A DNA stretch of 64,000 nt from the human T2T-CHM13v2.0 reference genome, Homo sapiens. The stretch lies in the NCBI RefSeq assembly GCF_009914755.1, contig NC_060927.1. One strand, 5' to 3'. Shown in pieces: positions 27,521-41,130 of the stretch. Each line of letters opens with the position of its first letter. Positions within the stretch are counted from its first letter, which is position 1. Both the position numbers and the translations under genes were made by a program. The notes under the pieces are model-generated. The model worked only from the letters and a program-made list of their open reading frames with translations. It made no database searches and was not told where the DNA came from.

Positions 27521-28966
27521 CTCTTCTCACCCACTAGCAAGCTCCCAGAAACCCGCCCCATGGCTTCCTTTCTTTGGCAGAGTCAGGCTCCAGAAGTCCG
27601 CCTTCCTCCACAGGCACCCTAATCTGCCGTGCCCTTGCAGCTTCTCCTCCCCAGACTCCTCAGGGAAACCCCAGGGCTGCCCCCTCCCCTTTCTCCCTCC
27701 TTCCCTTTGACTCCTTCCCAGAGACCTTAAGCCGCTGCCATCTCACCCCACCCAGCCAGAAGAGACCAGCCTACCTCCTGCCCCACCCTGTCAATTCCTT
27801 CAGTGCTGTGTTCCCCCATTCCCTGCCCTAGTCTTTGAACCCTCTTTGAAGGAAGATAGGGGTGCTGCCAGCCAGAGCTAAGTCCTCAAGCTGCTCCTCC
27901 ATTTCTGCACCCCACACTACCCTTTGTGCCATTCACAGTAGGGTTCCTGTGAAGACTCAAAGCCATGTTTACCCAGCTACCAACCACTCCCATTCCACTT
28001 CTCTGCAAACACCTTGAACAGCACTAAAGCTCCTAGTAGGAGCTCAATAAATAACTGTTCTTAGTCTCTTCTGATTGCTAGAGCCTCCTGCTGCTGAGCT
28101 CAGGGCTCCCTTTGCCACCCACCCCATGTACCTCTTGAACTGCCCAATAGCTCCTTCACCTCTGGCTGGCTCTCCACCCCTGCCATCCCCACAGAGCCCC
28201 TCTCTCAGGCCACCGGGGCTCCTAATCACCGGTTTCTAGGGCCACCCCCGTTGTTCTTTTGCATCTGTGGGAACCTGCTCCTTTCTTAAGCTCACCACTT
28301 CCTTCCTGACCTCCCTGCCATGGTACCTTCCTGGGCCTGCTCCCATTCTCTCTTGAACATCTGCCAGTTGCTTAAAACACATCTGCTAATGAATGAATAA
28401 ATGGACTAGTCAATGAACTTGCCCATTCTTCAAGGATGCTTAGACCGCCCCGTTTAGAATGCATCTGTTGGTTAAGGTCTAGGATCCCATTTTTGGCTGC
28501 CTCAGATGCCTCCACTTGGCTTGCTATGGCTCAGCTCCACCATGCCCCCCTACCTCTCACATTCCCATTGCACACTCCCGACCTTTCTGTTGCCAGGAAC
28601 TCCCTGGGAAGCTCTCAGACCTGTCCTTCTCCTTCACCTCATCTGTCTTCAGGGCTACCTTGCCTCCCGCACTGCCCAATGCACTGCACTGGTGGTCAGC
28701 ACCGAAGCTCAGCAAATCACTGCTCCCTGGCTTTCCCTCTTGTGTCAGCTGATCTTCTTAAAAGATACAGAACTAGATCCTATTCTTCTTTGGAAGCCAC
28801 TTATCCCCACTATCCCCAGATCCAGTCTAGTGTTGGGCATACAGTGGGCAGTAAACCTGCTCCCAAAGTACTACTTTGCAAGGGGGAAGGCCAATCTTCC
28901 TAGTCCAGAGGGTGTGCAGCAGTCCCATTGCCTGCACACAGGCCAGGCTTCTTAGTGGGGCCCCTA

Positions 28967-29089
<123 letters not shown>

Positions 29090-29312
29090 TTAGTGTCAGG
29101 TGAAGCTGCCAGCTTGGGATTTTTCCTGACGTCCTATCAGGATGGGGCTGTATCCTCCATATTGGGGATGGGTTCATAAGGAAACCCCAGCTCAGCTCAG
29201 GGCCCCATGGGTGGGAGCCTCCTCTGTCAAGAGCCATCATCCCTGAGGGGATCCTAGGCCCAGTACATAGAGACAAGCATCTCTCTATCAGGGCAGCTCC
29301 AAAGGGGTCTCA

Positions 29313-29591
<279 letters not shown>

Positions 29592-30558
29592 TCAGACAGC
29601 AGAGCTGAATGAAGGCGAGAGCTCCCAGGGAGTGATTCGAGGCTGACCCACTACTCTCCATCAGAAAAGGTGACAGATGAGAGGCCACCAAACAGGAGCA
29701 AAACCTCCAGGTGACTATGGTGGGATGGTCAGAAGCTTGTAGCCTCCGGAAGTAGAATAGACTGCTGGGACCAGCAAGCAACGGTCCCATCGGCTGCCCC
29801 AAGGACCAGATGCTGAGTGAACCCAGGGCCAGGTACTTTGGAAGTAGCTGCCTGCGGGGTGACTAAACACAGCTTCCCTGTGCCCAGTGTCCAGAAGGAA
29901 ACATTCTACTCTTGGCTGGCTTCCACCAAGAAACTGAGTACAGTTGGCCAGAAGTGGGCACCGAAAGACTCCAGCCATGATGGGGTGGTTTGACCTAACT
30001 TGGACACCACAGGACAGTCAAGGGAGGCCTGAGGCCATCTGCTAAAACTGAGCCTCAGCGGAAAACTGGTAACCCTTCACTAAAGAAGCGGGCACCAGGC
30101 AGAGCTGCCTCTGCCTGGTGTCCCAGGCATCACCATCCACCCAGAGGGCCAGCTGGGCCCCGGCTGCTCCTCCCACTTGGCTGCTGGCAGGTTCCGCACG
30201 TGCTCTTAGCTGGCCTGTGATTCCAACAAGTCGCCCATTTTTTTTCCAAGAGGAGAAGTTTTCTTTTTGGCCAGGGCTGGCCTGGAACAGACTTGCTGTT
30301 GTGTGGGGGACACAAAGGGCTCTCTGTGGGAGGTGTCCATGGGAGGGGGTGTGTGCAGGGCAAGGGTGCGAGTGTGCAAGGAGCTGGTGAATGGGCTCTT
30401 TCTAATCACCACTGGCCAGCAACTGTTCATGCTCCAGGCCTGCTCTGCCGGCCTCTCGGCTGTTCCCCAGCTGTCTGGAGTCAGCTCAGGAGGGTGCATG
30501 AGGAGTGAGGGAGGTGGAAGACAGAGGGATAGGGAGAAATCCAGCCAAACAGTTTTCA

Positions 30559-31017
<459 letters not shown>

Positions 31018-31614
31018 GCAGCCCGGGGTCACCCCACTCCTAGGCATACTGGGAAGATGGTTAATTATTATCAATAATTAATATATTATTAAAATTACTG
31101 CAGATAATTATTCAACCCTCTAGTGTTAGGCAGGGACCAGTAGGGAAGGCCTTTTCCAAATGTTTCTGCCTGAGGCTCTCAAGAGTCAGACAGCAGGGCT
31201 AGAGGGGATTAATGTCAGGATGCTTGTTTCATACCCGCCTCACAGTGGCTGGGGCCTTGGGGATCAGCCTGAGCAATCCTGGGCCTCCTAAGCAACTAAT
31301 GCTTAAATACATCATCTTAAAAAATGCACCCTGACACTTCTAATCAATGGAAGGTTATTTTTGGGGCTGGAGGCCATGTCAATCATGACTGAGCATATAA
31401 CCTTCCAGGCCCCAGGACAACTTTGGTGGCTGGGCCCCAGCAGCAACCTTGTGTCTATTACACGAGTCGCCAGTTTCAAGACTGCCAAAGCAGCACTCAT
31501 TTTCTCCTTCCTATTTCAAGTCCTGCCACCCCCCACCCCCCACTCACCCAGAGTCATTTTTAGAAGACTCCAGTTAAGGTTAGAGCAATGAGACAAATGT
31601 CAGGGTAAGAGTCT

Positions 31615-31795
31615 GAGCTCTAGAGTCTGACAAATAGGGGTTCAAATCCCTGCTCCAGCTGTTTAACCTTGGGCGAGTGCCTCAGCCCCACAGACTGGGC
31701 ATTGCTCTGTTGCATCATGAGGGTCTCCAGCCTCGCTGGGATTTGTTGAGGATGACGCTATGTAAGGCCTGGCAGAGTGCTGGGCCAGTGCTGGG
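31615..31795 (+). mobile_element. MIR (degenerate)
   Basis: tctagagtctgaca...gggttcaaatccctgctcca...ccttgggcgagt. Confidence 0.6.
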
Positions 31796-33454
31796 CGGGT
31801 GGCAGGTGCTCCTATAATGGTGGCCCATCCTCCATCTCTTCTAGTAGGAGCCTCAGTTTACCCTCAGTTTAGAGAACAAATGTGGCCCAAACTCTTGGTT
31901 TCCTTGGGAGTAAGGGCTGCCTCTGGACTACTGTGGTCACTGAGTTCAGGGGACAATATTCTATTGGCCTCTGGCACTGGTGTAACATCACCCCCAGGGC
32001 TCCATGTTGAGGGAAGGAGCAAAGGGCAAGAGGCACGGGGAGTCCAAGGGCCTTCCTGGGACCTTGTGATTCCCAGTGTCACAACTGCCTCAGTTTCACA
32101 AAGAATCTTCCAAGTCCCAGAAGCCCCGCAAAAACCGAATTCCCCTTCTGGGTGCATCATCTCAGCACTAATGCACACCCAGCCTGCCCCTGACTCTTGC
32201 TGCCATGCAGCCTATGGCCCCCCTGCTCTTCTCAGGACCCTAGGCTAGGAGTCTAGCCCGTTTCCTAACAAATAATCTTCACTGGATCATCTGAAAGGAG
32301 ATATTGGGCAGATGTATTTCTCCTACTACCTAAGGTGGGGCTTCCAGTAAGAGCTGGGAAGAGGGTCCCCACTGGAGTGCTCAAACTCTCCATTCCACTG
32401 CTAAAATGGCCATTCTCAAGGTTGCTTCAAGAACTTGCTCCCCCCTGCACTGGGCCAGGCAGACACAACTGGCATTCTTTGGGGATGACTTAGCTCTGAG
32501 AAAGAATAGCAACTCCTTTCCCTTCACACTTGCTTTCCTTTCTCCTCGTCCTCTCCCTCCCCTGCTTTTTGTTCTCCTGCAAACAGTCTACTTCCTTGCC
32601 GTGATTACTATCTTTTCCTGACAGGGTTCAATAAGGCTGGTCCAAAAGAAGAAACCACCACTCAGCTTCCGAAACTCTTCCTGACCGAGCCCTGAGAGGG
32701 GCGATAAAGTGCGAGTCTGGAGGGGTGGAGGCTGGAGAAAAACTATGAGGCTCCAACCTCTGGTTCCGCCATACCAACCCCATCATGTCACTCATTTCTC
32801 GAGAGCAAGGAAAGCCGGACGGTGGGAAAGTGGGTGTTTACTAAAGGAACACAGCAGGCATGAAGAGAACCAGACTTTGACCTTGGGCCACCAGAGGAAG
32901 AGTCTGAAATCCTTGGGGTCCCTTGGTGGGGTTTCTTGGACTCCCATAGGGGGAGATGCAGCAGTGATGGCTGTGTCTGCTTCTCTGGAAAAGATGCTGG
33001 GCAAGATGAGAAGCGTGAGGCAGGGCCTTGTTTCTAGGAACACTTATTTCTCCAAACTCTCTAGACTTCTTGCCTCCCCGGGTCTTCCTGCTTCCATTCT
33101 GGCCCCTTACAAACCATGCTCTGCATGTAGCCAGAGAGAGCATTTAGAAAAGGTAAACCAAATCACATCCCCTGAGGGCCTCCCAGCACACTCAGAATCA
33201 AACTCTAAGTCCCTACCATGGCCCAGCAGCCTCTCCTGAGCCTCACCAGAAAAGGGCCCACTTGGACCCAGAATCCTTTCCCACTGCAGGCTGCAGACGC
33301 AGGGAGCATATGGCAGGAAATGAAGAGGAGAGACAAGTAAGCTCCTGCCCTGGTGTAAGATGCTGAGAGGTCTCTAATCAGACCACTGGGCCTTTCCAGC
33401 CTCTAGTTAGGAATGCCTCCCAATAATCACAGAAAGCAAGCTGCTCATATTTTC

Positions 33455-33585
33455 TTAAAAAATCTCCAGAGAAGGAAGTCCCACCTTCTTCCTGCTTAAC
33501 TTGGAAACAGTTTGGCAATCATTCCCAACCTTGCCTTTAGGAAGTTCTTTCTGAAATCTAACCTTTAACCCCCTGCTGCAATTTG
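33455..33585. mobile_element. L3/CR1-like fragment
   Basis: ttaggaagttctttctgaaatctaacct...cctgctgcaattt resembles the L3 3' motif. Confidence 0.45.
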
Positions 33586-33853
33586 TGTACTCTGGGGACT
33601 CTAGTTACTTGAATGCTACAGCTAAGCAGACAATGGTGCCTATCTCTGAATTAAGGCAAGGGACACCACTAACTTCTTAGGGGACCTCAGCTAAGTCCCT
33701 CTTCTCTGCCAGGCATTAGCTCTCCCTTCTCAGGTTGGAGGTGGGGTGGATCTTGCTAGCTCTGACACAAGCTGTGATCTTGAGGCTCTCCTCCCTGAGA
33801 GACCTGTGCTGGAAGAAAGCCAGGAGTTGGAAAGCCCAAGGTGGGGAGAGTTA

Positions 33854-34980
<1,127 letters not shown>

Positions 34981-35218
34981 CATGGAGACTTACTATTCCT
35001 GGAGAGAGACAACAGGAAACCAGAAGATAACCCACCAGGAACCACCACCCGTACAGCCAGCTACACATCAAACAGCCTGATGGGCAATTCTAAGGCAGGC
35101 CTAGTTCAGATCTAACCACTTAGCTATTCAGTCTAGGGGTGGATGGGGCCCCAATTTATTGGCAGGTGATAAAGAATGCATGCAGTCCAGTAGAAGCCCT
35201 AGGCGAAAGGCCTCTAGG

Positions 35219-35326
35219 ACCCTCTAGACTGAGGCATGCCAGAGTCCAGCCTTGGTACAGTCAACCTACCACCCTCTAGACTGAGGCATCCCAGAGCCTT
35301 GGCACAGTCAACCTACCACCCTCTAG
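35219..35326. repeat. Tandem duplication, 52/47-bp units, about 2.2 copies
   Basis: accctctagactgaggcat...cagtcaacctacc starts at 35219 and 35271; partial third copy at 35318. Confidence 0.9.
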
Positions 35327-35685
35327 CCCGCTGAACCCCTGGCCACTTTTCCCACTCTCCCTGAACCAGAGAACTCCTGGAGGATGGGCTTGGGCTCTGC
35401 TTCATCAAGCGCTGCTGACAGAATGAATCTGGGGCTCCCTGTCATGGGATGACCTTGGCAGTCATTCTGCAAGGTGAACAGGAAGAAGGAGTAATTGCAC
35501 CTGAATTGGTGAATAAAGGATGAATAAAAATGCTTCAAGAGGACAATGGTTTTGTAAGATGAGGCAAAAAGGTGCCACCCATTAAGGTTAGTGGGTCAGT
35601 CTTTTGTGCTGACAGTAACTGCAAGAGAGCTCCAGGAAAAAGGAAGGATGGCATGATGTCTTTGATTTTATGATTATCCTCCCCA

Positions 35686-35725
<40 letters not shown>
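35686..35725. repeat. (CA)n microsatellite
   Basis: Direct inspection. Confidence 0.95.
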
Positions 35726-37496
35726 GCTACTTGGAAAAGCCCCCACTGGTCCTCTAGGCACATAAGGGATGGGCACTCAGCATCTTTCTTGACATCAGTG
35801 TCAAGGAAGCCCATCTTGACTTGGGCCAACTGGAGAAGTAAGGGGAGGCTGTTGGTTGAGAGACCTGGGGCAGGGGAGAGGGGACTGTGAGCCTAAAGTG
35901 CTGGGAGATTATATCGGAGAAAGGAGTTCCCTTCTAAGCCTGGGCTCCCAGTGGTTCATGGACTGGAAATCTGCCTGCCTCTCTCACCCAGCTTCCTTTC
36001 CACAGCCTCTTCCAACACAAATCTCCAAACTGGGATCCAGGGAAAACTAAACAGAATCCACACTGCCACAGGTCCTGTGTGTATGGGCAGGGGTTGGGGG
36101 GGTGGGTGGGAGGAATGTGGCCCCTCCTCTGCCACTAAACTAGCCCTAGTGTCCTGCTTCAGTTTGGGCTATGGCATGTTGGCAGAGCAGCCATTCCCGA
36201 TCTTTTCCCTCTCCCCACCCCAGTACTCCAGCTGCCCAGAGCTGGGGAGTGGGGGATGAGTCTGGAGGGCACCTCTGTACCCATCCTTCCTGGCACCCAG
36301 TCATGCGCCCCCCACACACAACGAGGGGTAGATGTGCAAGACTCCAGAGCTACCCGAGGCAAAGCAAGCAAATGGGATTCAATTCGTATGGGATTCAGTT
36401 CGCCCTGGAGTTTTATCTGCGGGCATTTCCTATGATAATCACTCTCTGGGCCGACTCCCACAGAGAAGGCAGGGGAGCGGCAGGAAGGAATGCGGAGCCT
36501 TCCTGACAGATTCCAGGCGCTCCATAGTGTGCCCGGACTGGGAGCAAGGAACATCTCCAAGGCCTCTCATCGCGAATTTGTCCCGGCCAAGCCCCTCAGA
36601 TTCACGTCCTTTCAGACATCAAACGCCTGGGCCTTTACAAAAACCTGCTTCCGCGCCCCCGGCCGCGAACCTCTGCTGCACTCGCCCGCTGCGCTCTCTG
36701 AAGGCCGCCTTTCTAAGCCAGCGCGCGTCTCCAGCCTTGGCCTGGGCTCCTGCTCGCCTAAGGAACCAAAGACAGTCTCCAAGCTAGGAGGTTCTGGCAC
36801 CCCAGCCAGGGCTCCCGCCCCACCACGAGCCCGGGCGGACCTGGAGCACCGGTGGCCGCTGGTACGCCTGGGGCGAGCCGGTGAGGGTAGCCCGAGGCCC
36901 GGAGAGGTCTTTAAGCATCGCGGGTCCGCCTCCCTCCCTCTCGAGCCCTCTTTGTTTTCCAAATACTCTAACGCTGACGTCACCGGGCTGGACAGCAGGC
37001 TGCATTCTTTCTAAGTGAGGGCCAATTCGTGGCTCCAGAGAGGATTTTCCAAGGAAGACAAAGAGGAATTCTTGGACTAGTTGGGGGCAAAGGCACCTGT
37101 AACCCCCACCTAACCAAATCAGCCCGCAGGACCCTGCAACTTGAGCTCCAAGCGGCGCCTCCATCCCTGTCCCCCGCCACCCCCACCCCCGCCGACCTGC
37201 AACCCGAAACACTGTGGCTGTTGTCTCCGGAGTCGGCCCTCTCCCCTCTCCCCCAGCCCCAAGAGACCCGCGCGTTTCTAGAGCCCCGCAAAGCCCAGCG
37301 CGCTGCGCTCCCTGGGCAGAGCGGCCCTTGCCAGGCACTGCGGCTGCCTCGAAAGGGCGCACTGCGCCCCGAGGACGCTCGATCCTCGAGGCTCCGACTC
37401 CCGGAAAAGGCCGGGTTGCGCCGAGACTCCAGCTTTGGCTGGGGCACGTTTCTGTGGCCTCGCGCGCTCTCCCGAGCGCCGAGCGGCCTTCCTTAC

Positions 37497-37690
37497 CGCT
37501 GCGGCCCGAGGGTGCCCAGCGCAGTCAGACACCACAACCTCCGGCTCGGCCCAGCTCAGCTCGGCGGCGAAGATGTGTTCTCGGCCGTGGCGCCGACGCT
37601 CTGGCTGTTCGCGCCCCAGCGCGCAGCCCCAGGGTCGGCCCGCGCCGGAGGCGGCTGCTATGCCAGGAATGTGAGAGTTTCAGGTTCCCC
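37497..37690 (-). other. AMOTL2: AMOTL2 main non-coding exon 1 (5' UTR); 5' boundary approximate
   Basis: Strong donor GCG|GTAAGG (GT at 37496-37495) inside the CpG island; no ATG in this stretch. Confidence 0.75.
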
Positions 37691-38056
37691 CTCGGGATCA
37701 AAGCGAACCACAAATAACCTCTCAGCGCACCGCCCTCCTCCGCCCTCCGCCTTCTCCCGCTCCCTCCTCCCGGCCCCCGCCTTCCTCCGGGGAGGCGGCG
37801 CTGCTGGCCGAGCGCCGGCCCGGCCCCCGAGCTCCGTTCCTCCGCGCCCAGCGCCCTCCAGGCCGCGGTGTGTCCGCCCCTGCCCCATGCTTTGCCTTCG
37901 GAGCTGCTGGAGACAATTTAATCCAACTCTGCCCATTATCGCCTCCACTCCCAGTCGCCGACCCGCTCTCACCCTTCATCCCTAAACCCATCGACGGGAC
38001 GACAGCAAGGGCTGTACCACGCGTGTCCTGGGGTTGCTGCGGGAGGGGACTCCGGC

Positions 38057-38087
<31 letters not shown>

Positions 38088-38093
38088 GTGTGT
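38057..38093. repeat. (TG)n microsatellite between the two first exons
   Basis: Direct inspection. Confidence 0.95.
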
Positions 38094-38342
38094 ACCGGGG
38101 GAGGTGGGAAAGGGAGGAGGGACTGCAAAGACATCCATATCCTCTGGGCTGGGACAGTGCCCCGGGCTAAGTGAATGCTTCCAGCCACAGAGCCTCTTTC
38201 CCCTAACCCCCGCTGTTTTCACCCCCAGCGGCAACCTTTGAATGCACTTTTGTTTACAAACACCTTCGCCAGCTATTTTACGACCGTCTCGACAGGAAGT
38301 GTGAATCTGGGTTGGAAAATCCGGTCAATTTGACCCACCTAC

Positions 38343-38455
38343 CCAACTGAATCACCCGCCGCCAGGCGCTCTGTCCAGTTCTTCCCCAAGGTGATAATAG
38401 GCGCCCCTTTACGCAGAGTGCAAGGTGTGCCACCGCTGGCTTTTCGCCCAGTCAT
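38343..38455 (-). CDS. AMOTL2: AMOTL2 alternative upstream coding first exon (N-terminally extended 838-aa isoform)
   Basis: ATG at 38455 encodes MTGRKASGGTPCTLRKGAPIITLGKNWTERLAAGDSVG. Donor GG|GTAGGT (phase 2) joins exon 2 in frame ([24 protein letters not shown]): 58+780 = 838 aa. Confidence 0.8.
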
Positions 38456-40828
38456 CCGATTCAGCCCTGCCAAGCACCCTCCAACGGAGTTCTGTTATCA
38501 TCCCTGTGTTGTAAATGAGGACACCAGGGCTCAGAGAGCTTAAGCAGCGTGCCCAGAGTCACACACAGTGAGAACCAGGTAATCAACCACTGGGCTGCTT
38601 GGTTTCTCATTCTCAAAACCCCTCCCTGGCTATCAGAATCCAGGCTCCCTAGATGGACAGGGCAGACACTGGGAGCCCTCCTCTCTCCACTTACCCTGTC
38701 CTTGCTTTAGTCTCTTCTTTACCTCCCCCTACACCCCTGCCAGCCAGGGGCTTTCCCCTGTACCCACTTCTGTGGCTCCTGCATGGAATCCTCTCCTCTG
38801 CCCCCAGGACACTTCCACTGCTAGATGGAAACCCCTTCTTCAGAAAGCTCGCTCTGACACATGCTGTCCCCGTTCCCCATCACACAAGCCCTCTCTACAA
38901 GTCAGTTGGGGTGAGGTGGGGGCAGTCAGGCCCCTGTCCACCCAGAGAGTCAGGGCTGATTTCTACCCCTGGCTGGGTCCTCCCATCAGCATGGAGTTTG
39001 CAAGTCCCAAATTCACTGGAGGGAAACAAGGACAAGGAAATTCTGCAAGCTTAATTGCCAGGGACATTGTTAATTTTTAATAAAACTCACAAAAAGTGTG
39101 TGTGTGTGTGCGCACGTGTGTGTTTTACTTGGAAGTCAAATACTGTGTTTCAAACAGTGATTGGATCTGAGATGATTGAGCAAATGGATCATTTGTGCCA
39201 AGCTACGGGATATTTGTCTTTCCAAGGATCCCCTTACGAAGAGAAGCTGTGATCAGTATACCACTGTAGGTAGGAATTTTAGAAGTGAAAGGAAAGAGGT
39301 CTCTGAGTGGCCTTACCTTATGGACAGCATAATTGGTGGAGGCAGGGGAGTGGTTGTGGACATGTGCACTCGGGTTGTAAAACCAGGGGAAAGACCACAT
39401 GGTACAGTCCTGTCTTTCAGGCATTTGGGAGGATACCTGACAAAATGTTTGACAAATATTCTTGAGATGGTTGCAGAAAGGCGTCAGTTCAAGGCAGCTA
39501 GGGTGAAGGAGGTACATCTTGGAGTGGACAAGCCTGCTGCAGAGCCACACAGGCCCCCATGATTGCTAATTTCTGTCCCCAAAGGGACAGAAGCGGGAGA
39601 GGGATCCCAAAACCTAAATGAGAAATGTGCATGTACTTTTATTTTTCCTTTCCCTTTCTCTCTGCAGAAAGAACAGAAGGCAAGATCTGTCAGGCATGGC
39701 CTGCGGTGGAGCCTACCTAAGCTGGCGGCCACCCCAGCTCTGCAGGATAGTTGGTGGAGAAGGTGACCACTGTTCAGATGTGCCAGAGGCAGATGTGCAC
39801 AGGGGACACTGGGCCGGCCAGCCTGCTTGCATATGAATCTTCACCTACAGCAGAGGGGAGAGAGGCTCTCTTAGTGAGCCAATGCTTTCTTCTTCCACCT
39901 TTGTCTCAATCTACTTTGTCCCATTCTCCTTTACCTCCTCTCTTCCTCCTACAGGTTATGATTCTTCCCAGATGACAATGTGGCTGGCTGGGTCAGGAAT
40001 CCTATCCAGGAAAGATGCGGAGGTGACCTAATTCTCAGAGTAAGCCAGGCTGGAGGCCTTTGCTCTAGGAAGTGTAGCTCCTTGGGGTGTGGCTGCATCA
40101 TAGGTGTGTACAGGGCTTAGCAAGGGATCCAGGCACCCACACCATCGCCTCTCCTTAGCCCCGGTCTGGGTCTGTGCCTGTTTTATGGCCTCAGTCTGGC
40201 CCTGCAGCTGCATCCCACTGCACCCAACCAGAACATGAAAGTGAGTTCTTGGTGGGACCCTAGCAGCCTCCTCCCATGGAGCCGGGAAGGAAATGTTCCC
40301 CTTACTTCCCAAATGGTTGCTTAGTGGAGGAGAGCTCCAGGGTGCAGGTGGCAAGATCAAAGGATGACTGTTAGTTGTGAAATTCACTTTTCCAGCTTCC
40401 CCTGAACACTCCCTCTGACAGGTTATGGAAACAGGAAACCTACCGGAATCTGGAGCATGAAGCAAATTCATAGGAAGAATCTGAACATTAGGATGGAAGT
40501 TCCAGTGCTCCAGTTCCAAGAACAGAAGAAGACCCAAGTGGGGGACTTTCTTCTCTTTGTCCTTCTGCAAACCCCTGTCCCCCCTTCACCCCTTTCTCCT
40601 CCCCTGCCTTCATCACTGCCTCTAGGTTTTCTCCCCCAAGTCTCCTCCTTCCACTGCTGCCCCCTCTCCCTTTCACTCTCATGCTTCAGGTCTGGAATCT
40701 CCGTTATGCACAAAGGGCCTCATGGGGTCTGTGTCTTTGGGGGTTAAATCCTCCAGAGTTGGAGATTTATGAAATTAGCCCCACAGTGGTTTAGGTAAGA
40801 GGATGTTGTCCTAAAAAAATGAAGAAGC

Positions 40829-41130
40829 AGCCAGGTGCGGTGGCTCACGCCTGTAATCCCAGCACTTTGGGAGGCCAAGGCAGGTGGTTCACCTGAAGTC
40901 AGGAGTTCGAGAGCAGACTGGCCGACATGGCAAAACCCTGTTTCTACTAAAAATACAAAAATTAGCCAGGCATGGTGGTGGACGCCTGCAATCCTAGCTC
41001 AGGAAGCTGAGGCAGGAGAATAGCTTGAATCCAGAAGGCAGAGGTTGCAGTGACTTCAGATAGCTCCATTGCACTCCAGCCTAGGTGACAGGTGAGACTC
41101 TGTTTAAAAAAAAAAAAAGAAGAAGAAGAA
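40829..41130 (+). mobile_element. Alu (S-type) with A/(GAA) tail
   Basis: Alu consensus; TSD gaagaagc. Confidence 0.96.

Larger units (their letters stand above)
36560..38460. promoter_or_regulatory. CpG island / AMOTL2 promoter region
   Basis: Dense CpG and GC boxes. Perfect CRE TGACGTCA (36975-36982), tandem TEAD-like site (37657-37672), ETS ACAGGAAGTG (38292-38301), FOX TGTTTAC (38251-38257). Confidence 0.9.

Noticed and set aside
27044-27710. 130-182-aa ORFs in the intronic CpG island
   Set aside because: GC-content artefacts; ORFs in several frames with no homology I recognise.
35219-35326. Repeat-spacer (CRISPR-like) reading of the direct repeats here and at 26510-26546 and 49580-49670
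   Set aside because: Only 2-3 copies, no array of unique spacers, and mammalian context; these are ordinary tandem duplications.
37029-37985. 318-aa + strand ORF and other long overlapping ORFs in the promoter
   Set aside because: Stop-poor GC-rich CpG island, non-ATG start, low-complexity P/R/A/G content and no recognisable domain.
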